Shown piece by piece: positions 30,733-64,000 of a stretch of DNA of 64,000 nt. The stretch comes from the human T2T-CHM13v2.0 reference genome, Homo sapiens. The notes below the pieces were generated by a model. That model was given only the letters and a program-made list of their open reading frames with translations, was not told where the DNA came from and did no database searches. The stretch lies in assembly GCF_009914755.1 (NCBI RefSeq), contig NC_060942.1; one strand, given 5' to 3'. The position numbers were made by a program, and so were the translations under genes. Within the stretch, counting starts at the first letter, position 1. Each line of letters opens with the position of its first letter.

Positions 30733-31550
30733 TCAAGATTATGGATTATTACAGATTATTTCCATCATTTTCTTAAGTCCTATGTTTTTCAAATTCTCTA
30801 TAATAATAATGTATTACTTTTGCAATCAGAAAAAGAGGTACTTTACAAAATGTTTCATTAAAGTTAAATGTCTATAAACTTAAAACAGTATACCTGATCT
30901 CTACTGATCTGCTTGTACCTTCTACGTGACACCACGTAGTTTCTTTCTGTCAATGGCTGAACCTTGCAGACTTTATTTACAAACTAGGACCAAATGACTT
31001 GTATTGTGATCATATTGGTCTGCACCTCTCTCCATCCAAAATGATGAGGCTAGGTCCATTAAGCACACACCCTGGCAAACAACATTTAAAATATCATTAC
31101 TGAAATGACTATGCAGGCTTTTCATCAGACTTTTACAGCACCACAAAGAAAAGTCAGAGCAAGAAGATGACTGTTAGAAAAACTCCAGTCTCTTACACCT
31201 TCTTTTAGCCCCAATCACATGGTGTGCAGCAGATACTTTTAGGTTACACAGAGTAAACCTGAAACTGCAATCTGCAGCTATGGTGTGCAATGTGATGGTG
31301 GAAAAAAAAAAAAGGTTTCTTTGGACACTTGAAATGTTCATGCAAAAGGTTTGAGACCCATGGATGAAAGGTAAGTAAATACCGCAGGACATGTACATTG
31401 TACTACAGCCAGCATAGCATAATTATAGTTTGCTTTTAACCTTTTGAAGCCTGTGTTTTCTGGTTTTAGTCTCTTCGCTTTTCAAATTATTCCTGACTCA
31501 TTAGCTTTTCACCCTAGGGGCAATTCATAAGCTCCATAAAAGTGTGGATA

Positions 31551-31563
31551 TTTTTTCTTTTTC

Positions 31564-31600
<37 letters not shown>

Positions 31601-31870
31601 GAGACCTAGTCTCTGTCGCTCAGGCTGGAGTACAGTGGCAGGATCTCTGCTCACTGCCAACTTCCACCTCCCGGGTTCAAGTGATTCTGCTGCCTCAGCC
31701 TCCTGAGTAGCTGGTATTATGGGCCATGCCCAGCTAATTTTTGGATTTATAGTAGAGATGGGGTTTCACTGTGTTGGCAAGGCTGGTCCTGAACTCCTGA
31801 CCTCAAGTGATCAGCCCACCTTGGCCTCCCAAAGTGCTGGGATTGTAGGTGTGAGCCACCACGCCAAGCC
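31551..31870 (-). mobile_element. Alu (AluS)
   Basis: TSD gtggatatttt. Confidence 0.92.
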
Positions 31871-31925
31871 GTGGATATTTTTCTTAAATTTCTTTTCCAG
31901 CAAATGCATACCATTTGTTTTTTAG

Positions 31926-32332
<407 letters not shown>

Positions 32333-32429
32333 TAATTAAAAGCACGTAACTGAAGACCAATTCTTCATTACAACTGGAGACCCTAATCTGAAGAGGCTAG
32401 TTGGGAGCAAGGTGGTGTAGACACTACTG

Positions 32430-32645
32430 GTATCCCAACCACGGACCAATTGACACTTTGGGATGAATAATTCTTTGTCATAAAGGTTTGTCTTTGCACT
32501 GCAGGATGTTCAGCAATATCCCTGGCCCCTACCCATTAGATGCCAGTAGCACAGAGCTCCAACACAGAGATGTGACCACCTAAAATATCTCCAGACACTG
32601 CCAAATATTCACTAGGGAACAAAATCAGCTTGCTTGAGAACGATT
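32430..32645. mobile_element. MER20 hAT MITE
   Basis: ataattctttgt...gcactgcaggatgttcagcaatatccctggcccctacccattagatgccagtagcac...tctccagacactgccaaat. Confidence 0.85.
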
Positions 32646-32947
32646 GCGTTAGGCCAAAGACCTCACAAAATCAAATCCTCTGTGCCTTTGCCAATTCAAA
32701 TTGCTCCTTTAACTCCATGGTCAACTCTACCCACTTAGCCACCCACCAACATAAAATACAGACACAAACACCCTCACATTCTTCATATGAAATACCTTGA
32801 ACATTGTCTAGTGTTCTTCCTCTGAGCCATATGTGGCCAATTTGGCTAAGAGGAGAGAAGTAACCACTGATGCCTATTTCCTACCCTCCACTGACATGGG
32901 AGTTCATGCTTATCCTTTTAAATGTATTTAAGTTCATAATGTGCTGA

Positions 32948-33116
32948 CTTTCTTTCTTTGTTTCTTTTTGGAGATGGAGTCTCGCTCTGTTGCCCAGGCT
33001 GGAGTGCAGTGGCATAATCATACATGACTGAAGCTTCAAACTCCTGGCTTCAAGCAATCCTCCTGCCTCAGCCTCCTGAGTAGCTGGGATTACAGATGTG
33101 AGCCACCGTGTTGGCA
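32948..33116 (-). mobile_element. Alu monomer (FAM/FRAM-like)
   Basis: Single ~170-bp Alu monomer. Confidence 0.82.
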
Positions 33117-33804
33117 TGTCTTGACTTCTGAAGCTCTAAAATGCCTCCAGCTTCTTTATCCACTAGCCACGCTCTGTAAATCCATGCTCCTCCATAAATT
33201 TTGTTTGACCATAATATTATTTAATTAACTATGTCTATTCTGCCTTGAAATTGTTTTCTTCATTTGGCACTTAAATATACAGTTATGACCCAAGCTCAAG
33301 ACAGCTATTTCCTGAAGTTATTCTAGATTAGATCCTATTAATTAAAACTGGGAGTAGGGATTTTTAGAATCAAACCCCAAAATCCTTTTTTCCTAAAACA
33401 TTCCAAAACAATGAGACACGTTAGCTTATATAAATTTTATTTTCGTGCCTCTTAATACCTTTGAGGGATGTTTATTCTCCCCACTACCAGCCGTCTGGTG
33501 TTTGAAGCAGTGAGGAAAATGGTCAGAGCTAATTGATTTCCTATATGGAGAAAACATTATTAATGAATTCTTCACTGTGGAAAATTCTGAAAAGTGGATC
33601 TGCCATTACTAGATTCATAGCCTTGAGCAAGCATGTTAATCTCTCCTAGGCTATTTCATCTTTGGTAAAATGAGGATGCTGACATCTACCCTCTAGGGCT
33701 ATTATATTGAATGAAATGACCTGTTTCAAGCTTTTAGCCCTGTGCTTGATATACAGGTGTTTTATGAGTGTCCTTTTTAGTGCTGCTTCTCTTCTTTATT
33801 TCCA

Positions 33805-33958
33805 GCACTTGCTAAATACTTTCTGGGGTCCAGGGCAAAATGAAAATATGGGGCTTCCTTGTTAAAAAATTAAGAATTTCAAGACAAGAGCAGAATATGA
33901 AATCAAGTGTTGAGCCCTATGTGACTGCCTACGTCACATACTCATCAAGCCAGCCCTG
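33805..33958 (-). mobile_element. MER45-like hAT MITE
   Basis: gggcaaaatgaaaatatggggc..ttaagaatttcaagac...tgtgactgc..aagccagccctg. Confidence 0.72.
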
Positions 33959-34317
33959 CTTGCTCCCCTAGGATTTCCAAGGGTCTACTTTTCTATCCTT
34001 TCACGAAATTAAAAGCCACTCTTCAAATTAAACAACGGATGGGGAAATAAATGCAACTAACTAAAGAGGGCTTGATTACGTGCATTGTTTTTTAACACTG
34101 TCTCACTTAAGCAACATGTTGAATGTTAGTGAGCCTAGGGCTCTTCTAGAGAGACCGTTTTCATCTGCCATAGTATTTTAGTGTTTATATCATTTTCTAT
34201 CTGGAAGAATGAAAAGAAAAACAAACTTTGGTTGTCTATTAGTAATCAGACCACTGAATGTTGTCCAAGAAGCACTTAGTGGACAAAGAGACACTCAATT
34301 CAAAAGCTCTCTATGTA

Positions 34318-34651
<334 letters not shown>

Positions 34652-34858
34652 CTAGACTTATCAAACAGCTTTCACAAAGATAGCAGCCTAGCTCTCTGAA
34701 CAGGTAATTTATAACCTAGATAGCAGACTTTGAAAGAACTGGTCCAGACATCTAAGAATTAAATATGCAAAGAGGAAGATTTTGTTTCCAAACCACTGAG
34801 ACCCAGCTCTGCTTGTTATTCCCTTTTCTTCATGGATGCATCAACATATCCTTTAAAG

Positions 34859-35361
34859 CAGGGGTCCCCAGTCCCCAGGCCATGGACCAGAACCAGTCCC
34901 TGGCCTGTTAAGAACCATGCCGCATAGCAGGAGGTGAGTAGCGGGCCCGGGAGTGCAGCTTCATCTGTATTCACAGCCACTCTCCACTACTGGCATGACT
35001 GCCTGAGCACTGCTTCTTGTCAGATCAGCAGCGGCATTAGATTCTCACAGGAGCCTGAACGCTACTGTGAACTCGCATGCGAGGGATCTAGGTTGCATGC
35101 TTCTTATGAGAATCTAATGCCTGATGATCTATCACTATCTCCCATCACCCCAGATGGGACAGTCTAGTTGCAGGAAAACACGCTCAGGGCTCCCACTGAT
35201 TCTACCTCATTATCTATTAAAATGTAATAATAATAGAAATAAAGTGCACAACAAATGTAACGCACTTGGATCATCCCAAAACCATCCCCCTCCCTTCTGT
35301 CTGTGGAAAAATTGTCTTCCATGAAACCAGCCCCTGGTGCCAAAAAGGTTGGGAATGGCTG
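34859..35361 (+). mobile_element. MER1A-like hAT-Charlie non-autonomous DNA transposon
   Basis: Termini cagggggtcccca...ttgggaatggctg; perfect 8-bp TSD CTTTAAAG (34851-34858 / 35362-35369). Confidence 0.88.
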
Positions 35362-36091
35362 CTTTAAAGGGTTTCTCAAGGTTCTAATATTTTATTTGAT
35401 AAGAAGTAGAATCATATAAAAAACCAAACATATGTGTTAATTTGGGTATTTATACAGATATAGTGTATATACATACATACAGGCATGGAGGAATTTCCAA
35501 ATTTCCTCTATTGTAAAACATACACATACACACACCAACACACACATGCACACATGGTATCCTAATAGAAGGCAAGGAGAATAGACATTTACTGAGCACT
35601 TCCTATGTGCCACATGTTTTATATACATTAGGATATTACAGTATATGGTAGCTTTTATCCATTCATTCAATCTCAATACTTTTTTTTTTTTTTAAGAGTA
35701 GAGCAACTGAGGCTCACAGCAGTTATGTAACCTGCCCAAAGTCACACAGCATGATGGAGGGTCTGGATTGGAGATTTTGTCTGACTACAACACTCATGTA
35801 TCAAATCCTATTCAGTTTTGATGTTAAAAATTCTGTGGTTGAATTCGTCACAGTGTCTTTAAATAAAACAACAACAAACAAAACACAGCAAACCTTAACA
35901 TAGTTGCTAATCATATGAGTTTACAAGGCCACCTGTGTCTTTACTATCAGTTACACTCCTTCCCACCCCATCACATTAATCACTCAGGTCTAGGGATTTG
36001 CAAGTTTGCTAACAGCCGAATGGAACAAAGACAAAACGCTAAAATTTGTGATGTGGGCCTAACTCCAAAGCCTTCAAGAAAAAAAAAAAAA

Positions 36092-36394
36092 GGCCAGGCG
36101 CAGTGGCTCATGCCTGTGATCTCAACACTTTGGGAGGCCTAGGAGGGTGGATCACCTGAGGACAGGAGTTCGAAACCAGCCTGACCAACATGGTGAAACC
36201 TCGTCTCTACTAAATACAAAAAAATTAGCTGGGCGTGATGGCGCATGCCTGTTAATCCCAGCTACTTGGGAGGCTGAGGCAGGAGAATCGCTTGAATCCG
36301 GGAGGCAGAGGTTGCAGTGAGCCGGTATTGCGTCACTGTTGCCCACTCCAGCCTGAGCAACAAGAACGAAACTCCGTCTCAAAAAAAAAAAAAA
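36092..36394 (+). mobile_element. Alu (AluSp/Sq-like) abutting the POLI promoter
   Basis: Full-length; caagaacgaaactccgtctc + poly(A). Confidence 0.93.
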
Positions 36395-36624
36395 TAGCCA
36401 TTTGTGCTTTCAATCTCTCCGCTTCCGGCCTCCACCCGGCGGGAAAAAACTCCCGCACGTGGGCCTCCACGATTCCTTGGCATGCGTGTCACTCTGGGCA
36501 ACAGGCTGGTCGGCCACGACTGCGCAGGCGAGAGGCACAGAGCGACTGGAGACTGTAGTCCCCCGGTTTCCCTGGAGACCAGGCGGAAGCGGCCGGAAGT
36601 AGCGCTGCGGTTGGCAGCGGCGGG

Positions 36625-61545
<24,921 letters not shown>

Positions 61546-61779
61546 GCATATTCAGCAAAAAGGTCTGAAAAGCAAGGGAATACCATTATTTTCGGATTAG
61601 CGGTTTATTAAGCTCTTCTATATTAAACACTAATAGATATTCAATAACGGAGTAAACTGTTCCAGATAAAGCAAGAATAGTTGCAAGAAGTAAATTCTGG
61701 CACAAAGCGTAAAAATATAACAGAAGAAATAATGTAAAATACTATCTTTTATGTCTAAAGCCATTTTATATTACTTTTC

Positions 61780-61785
61780 AATAAA
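61780..61785 (+). terminator. Candidate polyadenylation signal for POLI
   Basis: First AATAAA downstream of the stop (235 nt). ATTAAA at 61622 and AATAAA at 62123 are alternatives. Confidence 0.6.
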
Positions 61786-62620
61786 AAGAATATCATGGTC
61801 AACATAGAATATTTTTCATGAATTGGTGGGGAGATGTATATGTTTATATATAAAAAATAGCCAAATCGTTGCAATGATATGGTAAAGGACACATTTTTTT
61901 TTTTTTTTTCCTGTGAAATGTGGAATATCTCAAATTCAGCCTCTTAGGCTGAATAGCAAATCCTACTGCCAACTAACCTATTAAAAATATAGATAGTTTT
62001 GACTAAAGTACTACATTACATTTAGTATGTTGACTTTTAAAATACCAAAGCAATTTATATTCAATTAATGCTTCTTCATACACCAAGAATCTACCACAAT
62101 ACACAGCACACAAAGGCCGTTCAATAAACATTGAATGAATGAATGGTTTGGCTAGGGCCAGGGTGGGGAGTTAAAGTGAGAGGAGGGTATATGTTATAGA
62201 GAACAGTGGTAGAAGGAACTCTCCGTGCAAGTAAATTAAGGGAAAGATGGACACCAGAAAGGCAAGGTGATGGGCCTATAAGCATACTGGATAATGGAAG
62301 AAGTCCATTTCTTTCTAGCTAGTTTGAAGGGCCTAAAAGCACTGAGATGTTTTTGTATCTTCCCTACATTTGGAGATGATATTAGGTTGTCATAACAACC
62401 ACAAATATAGACCATTACTAAATTGGTGGATGTCCTCTTTCTCCCATTGTTATTGCCTTCCTCTTTTGCCTGCTAAACTAAAAATTGGATATAAGATTGA
62501 GAATGTATTATATAATTTGCAAGACATAGAGGATGTTTATAGAATATACTAAAGTATCCCTCAGCACCAATATGGGAGTATCCTGGTCTCAAGTTTATAA
62601 TTTTTGCACATATAATCTAA

Positions 62621-63004
<384 letters not shown>

Positions 63005-63479
63005 CCAGCTCTGAAATTTTAACTTAGTTTTGGATTCCTTGGAATTTGAAAATATGCTAACACGAAGGATTGTAAATAGGTAGTTTGAGGTTATCAGGAA
63101 CAGTAACTTGAAGCAAGAACATCAGAAATTGTTCACCATGCAAATATTTAGTACTCTGAATCAAGGAACATAGTATTTTTTACATGAGTATTCCAGTAAG
63201 GTAATTAAACTTATGAAAAGGGTATATAACTTTTTGTAAATCATTAAAACATTTTATAGTCCTTGTAATGATTTCAGGACCTTGGACAGCTAGAAGGGGC
63301 TTAAGAAAAAATGGCTAAGAAAACAAAGTAAATGGTTTTGGCCAGCTTAAAAAGAGAAAGCAAAATAGTTAAAAATACATTTCATAGATTGAGAATGTAC
63401 GGGCTATGTCACAGTTACGCTACTTATTTTGTGGTTTTAAGTTAGTCTCAACATCTTTGGGCCTCAGAATCAACTTTTT

Positions 63480-64000
63480 TATGGGATCTTTTTTCTCTGT
63501 TTTTAAGATTATCTCTTTTTTCTTTGGTGCTTTGCAGGTTTACTGTATTATTTGGAAGTGCGAATTTATTTTTATTCTTAGTATATACTGGCTTCTTCCT
63601 GTATCTTTTAATTCATGTTCTGTAAAATTCTCAACCACTAGCTCTTCAAATATTTCTTCTCTATTCTAGGACTGTATACAAATGATAGACTTTCTTACTG
63701 TATCCTTCATGTCTCTTAATTTCTCATATTTTTCATCCTCTTGTTTCTCTTTACTGCATTTTGGGTAATTTCATCAGCTCTATCTTTCTGTTTACTAGTT
63801 CATTTTTCAGTAGCATCTCACCTGCTATTTAAAACAATGATGGTTTTAATTTCAATAAATATATTTTTCATTTGATTCTTTTTAACTTCCCGTTTACTCA
63901 TTACAGTCCCTTGTAAGTCTGTTTCTAATTTTTAAAAGTCAAATATATGATATTTTTGATAATTTCAATATTTTAAGTCTTTATAAGTCTACATTTAAGG
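63480..64000 (-). mobile_element. Old L1M fragment
   Basis: T-rich; aaaattctcaaccactagctcttcaaatatttcttct resembles antisense L1 ORF1. Confidence 0.6.

Overview
Human (primate) genomic DNA. The right half holds the complete 10-exon coding region of POLI, the Y-family translesion DNA polymerase iota, on the + strand (ATG 36625, stop 61545). The spliced CDS is 2223 nt, giving 740 aa, with all introns GT-AG and the frame preserved. It is preceded by a CpG-island promoter (~36400-37060) with ETS, E2F, E-box and ZNF143-like motifs. The left ~36 kb has no credible coding gene; from recall it is the MBD2-POLI intergenic interval on 18q21, which cannot be verified here. It is mostly interspersed repeats: Alus (about 40 across the window), old L1/L2/MIR, a 2.1-kb MER52-type solo LTR nested in an MLT1 LTR, a THE1 LTR and DNA-transposon MITEs. 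Nearly all non-POLI ORFs in the track are repeat artefacts. I found no convincing novel biological system. The best leads are a candidate poison exon in intron 2, symmetric exons with inverted Alus (circRNA/skipping), an unexplained ancient duplicated element at ~5.7/7.5 kb, a 42-bp direct repeat bracketing ~900 bp of intron 7, and several template-switch-like hairpins. Repeat subfamily names and most repeat boundaries are by eye and approximate.
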